Source: Octopus sinensis (taxonomy: Eukaryota). Taken from it: a stretch of DNA of 64,000 bases. Shown piece after piece: positions 24,976-38,702 of the stretch; the first letter of the stretch is position 1, and each line of letters begins with the position of its first letter. The DNA lies in the NCBI RefSeq assembly GCF_006345805.1, contig NC_043022.1, positions 16,616,001 through 16,680,000 of the forward strand, given 5' to 3'. The translations under genes and the position numbers were made by a program. The notes below the pieces were generated by a model. It was not told the DNA's origin and searched no databases. It saw only the letters and a list, made by a program, of their open reading frames with translations.

Positions 24976-25212
24976 CAGGGTTAGCCAGAAGTCACCCGAC
25001 AGTAAATCAAAATACCATAAATACTCTCTGCTGTAATTCTGTATTGACTCGAATGGGAAAAATGTGTCACTCAAGAAGGACTTCAGTTTGAACTATTTTC
25101 ATGATGTTTCATATTTCGATGCTTTTATTAAATTCATTCAGTTGTTAGACATAAATAAATCTTGGAATTAAAGGGTTTTGATTTACGGTCAGGCAATGTT
25201 TGGCCAATCCTG
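24976..25212. mobile_element. Tc1/mariner-type MITE
   Basis: Imperfect ~37-bp TIRs: CAGGGTTAGCCAGAAGTCACCCGACAGTAAATCAAAA versus the reverse complement CAGGATTGGCCAAAACATTGCCTGACCGTAAATCAAAA. TA on the right flank, microsatellites on both sides. Confidence 0.55.
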
Positions 25213-25585
25213 TATGTATGTATGTATGTATGTATGGATGGATGGATGGATGGATGGATGGATGGATGAATGGAAGCATGCATGCACTATGTAGATGTGT
25301 GGGTATGAGAAATGGTGAGATATTTAGTTTCATGTTTTTATATTCCGTTAGACTTCTGCTGTTTGTTAGGTTGACAGAATTGGGAGGGTGTGGTTGTTGA
25401 ACAAATGCCTTGTTGTACTTAGGGATGTGGCTCAACTTTCAGGGCTTAAATATCACTTTGGTTGACTTTGCTTTCCATCTTTTCAAGTTACCAGTCAAAA
25501 AGTTGGTCGATTAATTGACTCTGTGTCCCCCCCCCACCTAGTTATGGCCTTGTACCAATGCTACAAGTTATCATTATCTGCAAAC

Positions 25586-25785
25586 TGGCAGAACTGTTAG
25601 CACACTGGACAAAATGCTTAGCGGCATTTCGTCCATTTTTATGTTCTGAGTTCAAATTCCGCTGGGTTCAACTTTGCCTTTCATCCTTTCGGGGTTGAAT
25701 AAATAAGTACCAGCTACGCACTGGAGTCAATGTAATCGACTCAATCCCCTCCCCCAAGTTACCCTTGTGGCAAAAATTTTAAATC
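25586..25785 (+). mobile_element. SINE family B, ~90 bp upstream of the CAMTA acceptor
   Basis: Collinear with 4265-4497 and 6798-6990. Confidence 0.85.
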
Positions 25786-25876
25786 ATAATTATTATTGTT
25801 GTTGTTGTTGTTGTTGATTACATTTGGTCACACACATGAGTATAACGAGCAATTTTTGTTTTTTTTTTTCTCTCAG

Positions 25877-25968
25877 AAAACCGTATGATTATTCTGCCCA
25901 AGCAGTTGGAGGATATACCAATTGCATCAGAATTTCCATCAGTGAGGCATCGGTGGAACACCAATGAG
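25877..25968 (+). CDS. CAMTA: CAMTA coding exon, N-terminal part of the CG-1 domain: (x)NRMIILPKQLEDIPIASEFPSVRHRWNTNE; 92 nt, phase 1 to phase 0
   Basis: Strong acceptor ttttttttttctctcag| and donor GAG|gtttgt. The translation contains the RHRWNTNE motif characteristic of metazoan CAMTA proteins (recalled: human CAMTA1 ...LPKERHRWNTNE; Drosophila ...FPxQRHRWNTNE). It joins in frame to the exon at 62065. Confidence 0.93.
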
Positions 25969-28900
25969 GTTTGTTGCTCCTTTTCAATTTTTTCTCTTTA
26001 ATCTTCAAAACCCAAAGACTTTTAGTTCAATAATTTACTCATTTTCGTCTCAGGTGATTGATACATGCAACCGGCTCAGACTGTTGAAACAAACTAAAAT
26101 TATTTGGTGATAAACCAGTGGTGGTGGTGGTGGTGGTGGTGGTGGTGGGTGTGCAGGTGGTGGTGTTGATGATGATGATGATGATATTTTTAGACAGTGA
26201 AGACAAGGGGTTGGGGAAATAGTAATTAACACTTGGGGTTATGAAAATTTTTTTGTTTTAATGCAAAGTCAGATTTACGGATCTAATTAAAAACAGCTAA
26301 TTAGCAGCTGTTGGATGGAATGCCACACAGCATTTATTGCAAGTCACAGCACTCTCCATACACTCTCTGCAACTTAGTGTGGGTCTCTGTGCAAGTAACA
26401 CCAAGCGTTTGGCAAAATTTCATGCACATTCTCTGCTCGATTCTCTTGGTGAGATGAGCACACCCTCCACACTTTACTTCCGAGCATTGCTATAGACCAC
26501 AGGAGTGAAGCAAGAACAGTATAGCTTACCGTATATGTGGGACAGAGTTGAAGGTCAATCTGTGCCAAGTGGCTTCACTCTGCGTATTTTAGCTCCATTA
26601 CCATAGCAAGTTCTGATCAGATCTCATACATGGAGGCCTAGGCACACAAGGGCAAATGTATCATTCACTCTGACCAATCGAGGTTTCAGTTCTCTGGGGG
26701 TCTTTTAAAATTTAGATCATACACACACACACACACACTTGTGTGTGTGTGTTTATTCTCTACTAGTTGGTCATCTGCAAGGCCAGCAGTTGTAGAGGAA
26801 ACCTAGAGACTTCTTTTAGAAATATGGCGAAAAGTGTTAAAGTTTGGTTATTTAGAAAAGCTGGTGCTAGTTTAAGAAGAGGAACAAGGAAACTGAGATA
26901 TTCAGAGAAAGAAAACAGGGAAGTGGTGGCTGTTATGCCTTTCCAACAGATATAAGGAGTGTAAGTGGAGTCAATTACCTTTAAGATCAGTGAAAGAAAA
27001 AAAACAATGATTTTTTTCATTAAGGCAACAAAGGAATTACATATTCCCCGGGGGTAGGCGATGGAGATGTTGGCCACTTCACAGTAGTAAGACCCCCTTC
27101 AGTCATGAACGACCATGGGTTTGCACCTAGAAAGTTCCCCTCTGAGGCACAAGTCTGGGCAAGATTGTTTATGGAAGACCAGAAGTTGCCCCTGAATACC
27201 AGCCTCCTATCTTTGTGCCACTGATCTTATCCAAGGGAAAGGCGAAGGGGCCGATACAGCTTGGCACCTGTGATGTCACAACTCATTTCTGCAGCTGAGT
27301 GAACTGGAGGAACTTGAGATAAAATGTCTTGTTCAAGATCACAACACAGAAGGCCAGCATTTTGTGGGGCGAAAGTAAGTCAGTTCCATTGATCTCAATG
27401 CTCAACGGGAGGGATAAAAAACAAATTCTACTTTGGTGGGATTTGAACTCACAACACAAAGACAGACAAAACACCACTAAGCATTTTGCCCAGCATATTA
27501 ACACTTCTACCAGCTCACTGCCCCGCCCCCACCTAATATAGTCCTTTCTACTGGAGGCACAAGGCCTCAAATTTTGTGAGAGGGGACTAATCTAATACAT
27601 TGACCTTAGTGTTCAACTGATAAGTTATTGATCCCTAAAGGATGAAAGGCAAAGTCAACCTTGACGGAATTTGAACTCAGAACGTGACAGACGAAATACT
27701 GCTAAACAGTCCACCTGGCGTGCTAATGATTCTGCCAGTTCACTGCCTCCCCATTACCATCTGATATATTAAAACCTGGTTTCTATGAAAGAAACCAAAT
27801 TCTGTCGTTGCTTTCATACAAGTGAAACCATTAGTCACACGGTGGATATAGATCTATTTCTACTGACTTAGTTATGGATTGAAGTTACAAGAGAAGTGAA
27901 ATAGATTCTTCATTTTTATTATTATTGGGTTTCTTTTTTAATATATTTTTGAACATGAACTTTCCAAAATTATTACTTAAGTATTCAGTAACATAACCAT
28001 ATTCAGTAATGGTTTTGTGTGCATGCATGTCTATGTGTGTGTGTGTGTATGCCTGTATGTGTGTGTGTGTATTTATATGTGGAAGCTAGTTGGGGGGGGG
28101 GGCAGTGTCTTTGTGAACGATATTAAACACAGCTGCTGCCTGTTACCGAAATTAGTTGTAATATTAATACACAAATTTGACAAATAAAAACAAATGGAGT
28201 CGAGTTAACCACAAATATCAAATTATCGGAAAGTTATTTATATTCAAATCGTTTTTCTTTCCTTTTTTTTTCTTGAGAAATCTTTCAAAATTATATTTGA
28301 TTAATTTACTTGGATTTCCAAATAGCAGAAGGTGATGCAAATAAAACCACCGAAATACTAATATAAAAGGGGCTACTGCTGCTGCTGTCGCTGCTGTTCC
28401 TAGGTTCAGGTGGTGAAAGAAAGAAAGAAAAAAAGAAAGACTTTATTTAGTAGAAATATATTAACAGTTCAATAACCATGCACCGTATGCCAGTAACCTA
28501 TTAAGATCAATAAGCCTGAACTTGAGGTTAGCACCCGTTTTAGAAGAGACGAACGGCTAAGAGAGGAGACACTGACTATCAAAAGTTCAAACTCCTTCAC
28601 AACAAAAACCCCAGAAACATGCAAAGCAAAGTCAATCCTGGCAGAATTTGAACTGAGGGCGTGGTTGGCCGGGTCAAGTGCATCAATGCATTTTCATGAT
28701 TTTTGCCATTCCCCCTGCATTAACCCTTTAGTATTTAGCTCAGCCGTACCCAGCCCAGATATTCTACCCGTTTTATGTTCAAACTGACCGGATCTGGTCT
28801 CCCACAGAGAAGCAAGCTTTTTACCACACAGCATATGAGACATGTTCAGGAGCCTATGGGTATTGAACTCATTTCTTCTGATTAAGCATCAGATGTGTTA

Positions 28901-29845
28901 CCATTACACCATCAGCCTCCTATATCAGAGAAAACCTAGATATACTGCCGAGCCACATGGTTCTGGGTTCAGTCCCACTGCATGGCACTTTGGGCAAGTG
29001 TCTACCACTATAGCCCCAGGCTGACTAAAACCTTGTTAGTGGATTTGGCAGGCAGAAACTGAAAGAAGCCTGTAGTGTGTGTGTGTGTGTGTGTGTTTGT
29101 GTGTGTGTGCGTGTGTGTATGTCCCCATAGCCTATAAATTGAATTTTTCTGACTAAAATTCATCGCCAGAAAAGAGAGATCAGTTTCTGCTTCAAGATGG
29201 CTTTGGAGGACCAAACATTCCATGCAAAATGCAGCAGAATTTGGGAAGATGGTGATGTTTGGATGTTTGCACTCCATACCACATCAACTTGTACAACAGA
29301 AAATACTGCCTAGAAAATACTAATGTGGCATTCATTCAATACGTAACATTATTGTTCTCTTTCTGGACATTAATATTTAATTCTATGCAAATCTATTATT
29401 TTAGTGAATTCAGAAATACCTTGAGGATTATAAAATATGTCACAGCTTTTACCATTATCCGTATTTTTTAGTTGTATAAAACTCTGTGCAATCACATGAC
29501 ATGAAGCAAGAGGATCCATTGCATTAGCGATATATATATATATATACATAAACACACACATACACACACACATATGTATATATACATACACACACACATA
29601 TATATGTATACATACATTTATATACACACACACACACACACATATGTATATATATATACATATACACACACACACACACATATGTATATATATATACATA
29701 TACACCCACACACACACACATATGTATATATGTATATATATATATATATATACACCCTTACACACACACCCATGCAAATTCAGGTAGATGGTTAGATCTC
29801 ACGACAACATCAGATCCTCTTACCTGACTGAATGTGATTGCGTAC

Positions 29846-29878
<33 letters not shown>

Positions 29879-31189
29879 TTGAAGAATACTGATACGCTTT
29901 GGAAAATCAGTTTAGGAAAAATGTTCAAAAGTTAAAGCAGCTTAATGTTCCAAATTCTGTTTTTTTTCTCTCTCTGTACGAGTTGGTAGCTATTAAAGTT
30001 GTGTAGTTGCATCTCCTGACATTTCCAACATCATTTCTCCTCTGTTATCACCGGAGGCTACAAACAAGACCGAGATGTTTCTTACTTAAGTAGCTATCAC
30101 AAGTAGCTCTATAAATTGGTAGCTGACAGATCAGCAGAATTAAAGCCAAACACGGCTATTATGTGGTGTGAGGGGGGAGGGAGGAGGAGGGGTGGGGGTA
30201 GGAGGAGGAGGATAGTGACTTAATGATAGGCATCAGTCTAGAAGTGTGTATTTATCTGTTTGGAGGTTGGCTAAACAGCTCTGATTTTGAATTCTGTTCA
30301 TGTTCACCTTACATCCATTCTTGTTTCTGGGCCTTTGAGTTGATCAGAGCCGCATATTTTAAGGTAGAACGTCTGCTGTGTTCAGAGAGTGTGTGTGAGT
30401 TGTCACCTTGCGTTTCGGTAGCTTCACCTCTTCTTGCCAGAGAGAAACTGGGGAAAGACAAGACTCTGATAGTGAAGTAACAGCGGTGGTGATGGTGGTG
30501 GTGGTGGTGGTGGTACCAGTGGTAGTAGAGGGTGCAGTTTGTGTTCAAACTACTCCTAAAACATTACAATGTTGTTAAAAGCAGTCCATCAATCTACTTC
30601 TGGCCACCACTATCAATATGCTTCTGATATATTAATTAAACATTTGGATTGTGTGTTCATAGTGCCTCCATGATATCGAAAAACCAAAAAAAAAACCAAA
30701 AAAAAAAACAAACACAGAAAAACCAAAAATGCTTTCTCTACTTTAAAACTGAAGACTTATTTCTAGCCTGAATGGTGTTGTTCTTTATTCTATCAACAGA
30801 GAGTTGTTGTTGTTGTTATCTCTGTATCCTAGTTACATCAATACAATGTCTATTGTATGTTGGCCAACTGAAAATATGCTTTTATGTTGCATCTTTTGAG
30901 GGGGTCAGAACCATTGCTTTGAAGTCGCAGAACTGATAATACAAACATATATAAAAAACATTTTTTTTTTTTTCCCCTCTGATATCCAAAGGCATCCACT
31001 GTGTTGGATGTATATTTGGATCCTGGCTCTTGGTTATTTGTTGGGTTGGAATATGTTTTATGACTGAACTATTTTTATTCTGAGTTTTAAAACAAAAACA
31101 AAAATAAGAGAATAAGATGGAATATTGAACACACATTCTCAGAATGACTACCTGTCTTCCCTTCATGCCGAAGATCAATCTCATGTTTA

Positions 31190-31548
31190 TCTTGTAAATG
31201 TCTTAGTCATTGGACTGTGGCCATACTGGAGCACCCTTGAGGGACTTAGTTCAGCAAATCAACACCAGTATTTTTTAAGCCTGATACTTATTCTGACACT
31301 CATTTGCCAAACCACTAAGTTATGGTAGTGAAACAAACCACACTGGTTTGTTAAGGGATGGTTGAGGGGACAAACACACACACACACACACACACACGAC
31401 AAGCTTCTTTCAGTTTTCATCTACCAAATCTACTCACAAGGCTTTGGTCAGCCTAGGCTACAGTAGAAAACGTTGTCCAAAGTACCATACAGTGAGACTG
31501 AACTCAGAACCATGTGTTTGGGAAGCAAGCTTCTTACCATACAGCCAC
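31190..31548 (-). mobile_element. SINE family A
   Basis: Reverse-complement similarity to 60501-60891. Confidence 0.85.
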
Positions 31549-31730
31549 AATAAATATTAGCAGAGTTCTTCAAATAAAAAGAGGACACAAGGGAAAAAAA
31601 AATGTGTCTTATTAACAACTTAGGTACCTCAATCCTTGCACACACCCACACATAAACACACCCTCACAGACACCCACCCACACTGATACACACACCCACA
31701 CAAGACACAAACTTCATGTCTACCAATGCA

Positions 31731-31732
<2 letters not shown>

Positions 31733-31769
<37 letters not shown>

Positions 31770-31784
31770 GTAGTAGTAGTAGTG

Positions 31785-31834
<50 letters not shown>

Positions 31835-31872
31835 TGTAGTAGTAGTAGTAGTAGTAGTAGTAGTTGTGGTAG
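31733..31872. repeat. Compound (AAT)n(TAG)n microsatellite
   Basis: Direct reading. Confidence 0.97.
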
Positions 31873-34800
31873 TAAGTGTTTGACTTATTTCTTCGTGTGG
31901 CAATGGAAGAAGGACAAGTCCAAACAAATGGAGCTGGTGATATTTCACTGATTCCAACGTTAAGCATGTCATGCATGCTTTTAACCTTTCTGGCATTAGG
32001 GAATCAATAGTGTTCGGTGTTAGTCGTTGTTCTTACTAAGTTCTACCAACTCACTCAATACGAAAGCACAATTTACACTCGAGTTCGTTTTAATTACCAT
32101 CTAATCTCGTTTCTCTTGTAATATTCTAAAAATCACAGCCTCTACTTCCAATCAATAGTGCTTCTTTCATTCTCTCCCTCCCTGGGATTCCTCAGATTTG
32201 CCAAAACACACATCTTCCACTCGGTTGCGTATTTATTTACTTCTCATCATCACCTGATGATCCTTTCAGCAAAACTGCAGGATTCTCATCTTAATATCAT
32301 TTAAGCATTCAACTCAGCTCCCCAAATTCCCTGAAGTCATTCCATCTAAACCTAATAATACCCCATCCCCCTCATCGCCTTGACAACTTCTGGCTTCTAG
32401 TTTCAATTCCAGTTCAAAGAATTATTGAGATTTCCCCCCTCCCCCCAGTTTTAAATCTCTTGAGTTTCCTAATGATTCACTCCCCCTCCCCCACCCCCAC
32501 TTGTCATCTACTTTTATATATATTTTACTATTAACTGTTGACTTTAGCACTGCCACCGTCATCACCATGTCGAAGACACCACTTCTGCTTTTCTCACCAG
32601 ACAAATTCTCAGTTCACATTTGATTTCCTGCTGTTTGAATCAGTTAACCCTAACCCCTAGCATTTTGCTCTGAAATGATTTGAAAAAGAAATGTTCCTTT
32701 CTCTTTAGAATGGAGGTTATTCAATTTGACATATTAGTTTATATTTTCCATAAGCCATTCATTCCGTTTGCTTCTAAATATCCTGAACCACTCACCATTG
32801 TCTTTTATGACAACCAATTCTAAAAGGTTTCCTCTTCCACCTCCACCTCATCCTGTACTTGCTGGCAGTGCTGTGTCAATTCCTGATCCAACCAGCTGTG
32901 GAAAAGGTGTTCTCTTCTGCTTTATGCAGGAAGGAATTCTAAAAAAAAAAAAAACAGAAATTGTAATAACAATTAAGTTTAGATTATTTCTCAGCATGGA
33001 GAAATTTAACAATAGAATTCTAATAGATTGGGTTGATTTCATAGGTAAACCATAAAGCCTTTTGTTACCTCAGGAGGGACCTCATGGTGTTACAAACTGG
33101 TGTGTGTGTGTGTGTGAATGAAACTTTTGTAATTTTGATATTTCTATCTTGTACTTTGACTGTTGATGGGAAAGAAAGAGAAGTTAGGATAGATTCTAAA
33201 GTTAAGACTTCTACAATCAACATCATCACCATCAACGTCCTTGTCATCATTATTGTACCCACATCTTTCCTATCATCATCATCATTTAACATCCCTGTTC
33301 CCTGCTGGCCTTGGTTGGATGGTTCGACAGAATCTGATGTCTTCAAGGACTGCACTGTGCTCCAGTGAGGTCTGCTTTTGCATGGTTGCCATGGCTGGAT
33401 GCCCTTCCTCATGCCAACTGCTTTACACCGTGTACAGTGTGGTTTCTACATGGTACCCACATGGGTACCTTTTTACACAACACCAGCACAGGTGCTTTTT
33501 GCATGATACCTAATAAGTCTCCTCTCCTTCATATTCGGGTGTCACCTTGCCTGTTTTCTTTCATGTGTTTCTGTTGTCTTTATACCTTTATCATAAAACC
33601 AGAAGGGTGTCACAGCTACCCTTCGTGGTATGGCACTTCAGTTTCTTTCACTCTTTACTCATCTTTTAAATTAACTTATTCAAACTTTCTCCAACCTTGC
33701 CACGTTTCTTCTTCACCAATCTTTGAAGATTTTTTACACATATTCTTTACTGATGGATGCTTTAAAACAAAACCAAGTAAAACAACCATATCACACACAC
33801 ACACACCTGCACATCCACTTAAATATACAGTTGTTGGCTCATTCTACGTCTGTTTTTCCATGACAGCATGGGTTAGATGGTTTACAGCTGGATACTCTGG
33901 CTGCCACTAATGCTCACCTATTCCGCAAGAAAGGAGTCTCTTATTTTGCATGTCTGCAAAGTTATGAAGTGTGTGAAGAATTTGTTGACAACACCAACAT
34001 CACTCTTCGCTTGTGATTTTCATAGAGCACCAAATGTGGAAGCATAAAAAGTACTGGTGTTGGTGCCATTTGAAAAGAAACCCTGTATGCTGTATGAAGT
34101 GGTTGGTGTTAGGAAGGGCAGAAACCGAACCATGCTGAAACAGACAATTGGAACTTGGTGCAGCTCTTTGGCTGACCAGCCTCTGTTAAACCATCCAACC
34201 CATGCCAGCATGAAAAATGGATGTGAAATGGTGATGATGATGATGATGATATCTACATGTGTGTGTGGTGGGGAGGGTGTGCAGAGGCTTCTTCCTGTTT
34301 CCATCTTCCAAATTCATGCAATATAGAAATCTTTGCTATTTTGTTCAATTGTAAATCTTTCCCTTACTATCAACAATCTATTTTAAGGTTCTTTTGGTAT
34401 ACATCTGTCGCCAATATCCCTAAGTCTGACTTGTTATGTATCTTTTACTAATATCACTGCCTCATTATGTACAATATTCTCTTATTACCTATCTGTCACT
34501 AATAGAAGTAAAAGTCAGACCAAAGAGGCTAACACCTTGATTTTGAGGCCAGTTCTCTCAATGGCAAAGCCTGCTAATGTTTTGCTGTATTTACTGTGCA
34601 CCAATGACAAAAGGGATGCTGCTAATACACATTCCATTGTCTACTTTATTAATACTATATACACACACACACACACACACAAGTGTTGTGGAATGGAGTA
34701 GATAAGATCCAGGCTACATATGTTTCATAGCGAGCAGAACTTCAGAAGTGGTAAATATCCAAGCGAGGTGAATACCGCAGGCTACTCTTCAGGCCAAGGA

Positions 34801-34955
34801 CATCTTGATTAAATGAAAGTCTACATTGTCACACACCCAGCAACCTCAGTTGCCTACCTTGAAATAGAAAAGGAAATTTTTTTCAGTTTATCATACTTCG
34901 ATATGAAAAATTCACAACTTTCCATTTCAATAAACCACTATTGTCCCTGAAAGTT

Positions 34956-35005
<50 letters not shown>

Positions 35006-35013
<8 letters not shown>

Positions 35014-35289
35014 ATATGTTACATTACTCGATAGTCAAGATAAAACTCTGAGTTTCAGATGCCGAAGTGGGAATCCACGACATCTCTTCAGTTATCTGGC
35101 TATTTGAAAACGCTATGAAAAAATAGCCAGATAACCGAAGAGATGTTGTGGATTCCCACTTCGGCATCTGAAACTCAGAGTTTTATCTTGACTATTGAGT
35201 AATGTAACATATCATTGTATTGATAAATTTCCTCTATTTACATAATATTGAGGTCTCTTTCTTTCTTTTGTTATCTTACCGTTTTACCA

Positions 35290-35290
<1 letters not shown>
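35006..35290 (+). mobile_element. Non-autonomous fold-back made of the 3' terminus of the same PLE family
   Basis: 35121-35290 matches the PLE terminal sequence at 16420-16524 and the reverse complement of 14165-14230. 35006-35105 is an inverted copy of 35121-35220. (TA)n lies on both flanks. Confidence 0.9.
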
Positions 35291-35321
<31 letters not shown>

Positions 35322-36024
35322 GCGTGCACACACACACACTCACACACACACATACAATGAGAGAGAGAGAAAGAGAGAAAAACATGTACAATCACATTAT
35401 TGCAGCTCTTGTCCATGAAAGAAAATTGCATTCAACATGCATGGAAGATGTTTATTTTTTGGGTTTTTTTCATGGCAAATTGTGTGTTGTAGTTAAAGAG
35501 GCCATTTTCTCAGCGGCAAAACCTGCGAATATTTTGTTATATTTACTGTATGACACCCACGACAAAAGAGACATGGCTGTCATCTGCTTATTAACCTTAC
35601 TTTTGTAATATTTTTTCTTTTTTTTTTCCCCTCCCCTCCCTCTTCAGCTCATGAAGTTCTCGCTTAATCTTTAGATCTTTAGTTTATTCTAACCATCACA
35701 GTCAACACCATGCTGGAGTCCTTCTGTGCTCGGCTGATTTTAACAGCTCACCTCCATCTGTTTTCAGTGTCCCTTAGAATTCCAGCAATGCTATTATATT
35801 TGCAGAACACCTTATTACATAAAACTACTGCTGCACCAGATGCTCCCATGGGGCCGAAAATAAACTCACTGAACATCATTTCATTCTGAGAAATTCAACT
35901 GACTTTAATTGGTTTAACACATGACTGGGCTGACAGAAACACTGATGGGTCAATACTGATCTCTCTCTCTCTCTTTCTCTTTCTCTTCTCTCTCTCTCTT
36001 TCTTTCTCTTTCTCTCTCTCTCTT

Positions 36025-36059
<35 letters not shown>

Positions 36060-37599
36060 CTAACATTCTCTCTCTCTCTCTCTCTCTCACTAATATTCTC
36101 TCTCTCTCTTTCTCTCTCTCTCTCTCACTAACATTCTCTCTCTCACTCTCTCCCACTCTCTACACCTCTCACCCTCTTTCTCTGCTGTCACCCCTCCACT
36201 TCACCTCACCTCCCTACCTACCTGCCCAGCCATCCTTGATCCTCTGCTCCCCAACCTCCCTTTCTATTCTCTCTTTCTATCCACCTTCTCCCTTGAAGGT
36301 ACATCCTGACACCTCATCTCCACCAACCTTCATTCCTCTCTTGTTGGACCAACTTTGTAAGACCTGTCCCTTAGTAAGACCTATTCCCTGTCCTTCTGTC
36401 ATATTTTGACCTTTCTGCACTTGGCACTAAGCCACCTCCCTCAATACTGCATCTGTGAAGGGGGTCCTATTTTGCAAGTTACTTGATAACCTCTCAAGTG
36501 CTAGTGTCATGAAAAAGGCACTCATTACTCACTGTGTAAATTGATTGGCATCAGGAAGGGTATCCAGCTGTAGAAACTATGCCAAACCAGACAGCAGAGT
36601 TAGTGGAAGCCCTCGGGCTACTCAGACTCTGTTGAACCATCCAGCCCCAGCAAGCATTAAAAAGATGAACATTAAATCAGGATGCTGCTGCTGATGATGA
36701 TTAAGTATTAAATCCACCCCCAATGTCTGGAAAATTCACTGTAAGCATTTTTGCTGTGGGAAAATTTACTGTTAGAAAGCTGTTGCTCATGTAAGAAAAT
36801 TTTCCATAAGACAGATTCACCATTTGGATATTGATATATCAGCATCTTTGAAAAAAATAAAAAGATGAATGATAAAAGATCTCCTAAAAGCATTAAATAA
36901 GCAAGTCTTCATTCAACGTCAAAAACATTAAAAAGACCTGATGAGGTCATTGAAAACCGATGGTAAAACCAAGCAACACTGCGCAAATAATGCACTTTTT
37001 GCTGTGTCTCTCATTTTACTCTTTTTATTTTCATATTTCCAATATGTTTTTCTCTCATATTTCCTATCTCTTCAGCAAACTTAGTTCAAGTCCTCCACTA
37101 ATTTCACACCACCTTTGCTAGTTTCCCCTGTACAGACCATTGCAATGGGTTAATTGCATGGAAATATTTATCAAAGGAAGCACACAAGCAGACTGTAAAC
37201 TCAATATCTCATTTTAAAGAAATTACCTTCCTCTAATTGCTAGGTTTGTTGATGAAGTTACTATTTTAAGAAAACAGCTAATCTTATTTTATTTACTTTT
37301 TTTTTGTGATATATATATTTTCTCTTTTTTTTTATGGTGAATTTTCCTGTTCCTTGAATTTTCCCACAGAAAAATGTTTCTAGCAAAATTTCCTGTAAAT
37401 GCTGTAGCTATGCGTATCATTTCACTGGTGGGAAAATAAACTGAATACATTGTGGATGTTTGCTCTTCTGAGCCTGTTGTTTATGGCCGGTCAGTTCCTC
37501 CAGCTGATAAGGAATTAAGCAAACAAGTTATTGAATAAACCATGTGATTATTGGTGGACATCTTCCTGGCCAGAGCCAGACTCTTACAAAGAGATATTC

Positions 37600-37800
37600 T
37601 GTCATGGATAGTGTTGTTATAAGAGAGAGATGTACAAAAATCTAAGAGTGGAGATGTGCACCTAATGACTGACATCAAAATGTACACAAGGGTGGATGCA
37701 GAGAACATTTTCCAATTAGCAGACCTACATTCTCTTAGAACCCATGCACCATGTCTGCAATGGCTATCCTCAAAAGAAACTTAATATCTCTCCTGGTGTA
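37600..37800 (+). mobile_element. Degraded CR1-like LINE fragment
   Basis: Frame IKMYTRVDAENIFQLAD resembles the CR1 ORF2 C-terminal ..V(D)AE.FF.L motif. Confidence 0.35.
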
Positions 37801-38468
37801 ATACCATCACCCGACCCTTTGCGGAGGGGGTCTTGCAATCATTTTGACCAGTTCTACTGACTGAACATAACTTCCTTGTTTTCTCCCAGCACTCACCAAA
37901 ACCTTAAGGAGGACCACATCTGCCTCTCTCCTCTGTGACAAAACCATTAAAAGAGATTAGATTAAGCGCACATGTGTGTGTGTTCATTCTTCACCACCAC
38001 TTGGCAACTGGTGTTGGTGTGTTTACATCCCCATAACTGTTTGGTAAAAGAGATAAAAAAAAGTACCACAGTTGATTTGTTTGACTAAAATTATTCAAGT
38101 CAGTGCCCCAGCATGGCCACAGTGTAATGAGACTGAAACAAGTGAAAGCTAGGAGATACATCAGTGTGTGTGTGTGTGAACATGTGTGTGTGCTTGTTTG
38201 TGTGTGTGTGTGTGTGTATTTGTGTGTGTGTGTGAAGGAACACATGTGGTTGTATGTGTATTAAACAGTTTCCCCTTATTTAGTTAGTATTTCCACTTTC
38301 TTTTCATCCGAATGCATCCAATGTTGTGCAGCCTCCATAATTTTATGAATGCCTCTCTAGTAATGTATGTCTGAACAACAATATTATGAAAATGCATGCC
38401 TGTGTGTCTATACGGGAATGGGTGTGTGTGTGTGTGTGTGTGTCTGTCTGTCTGTATGTATGTATGTA

Positions 38469-38509
<41 letters not shown>

Positions 38510-38653
38510 GTGTCTGTATATACACACATGTATATTTTACAAACAGACATTTACACATTTTGAAATAATTGAAAATTAATGAAAATACTGCGAAAATATG
38601 AAAGACATTGAAATGAGTTAATTTCTGTTTAAAAATAGAAGAAATATTTACAT

Positions 38654-38702
<49 letters not shown>

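Noticed and set aside
26053-26109. Good acceptor (ttttcgtctcag|) just after the CAMTA exon, frame VIDTCNRLRLLKQTKIIW*
   Set aside because: It has no CG-1 similarity and ends in a stop. It could only be a minor truncating event, and there is no supporting evidence.
32643-32660. TAACCCTAACCC telomere-like motif
   Set aside because: Only two units; more likely a decayed TTAACCCT MITE end or chance.
36943-36975. CTGATGAGGTC...ACC hammerhead-like start (similar cases at ~39195 and ~21646)
   Set aside because: GAAA is not positioned after a closed stem II, and/or stem I and the UH site cannot be formed.
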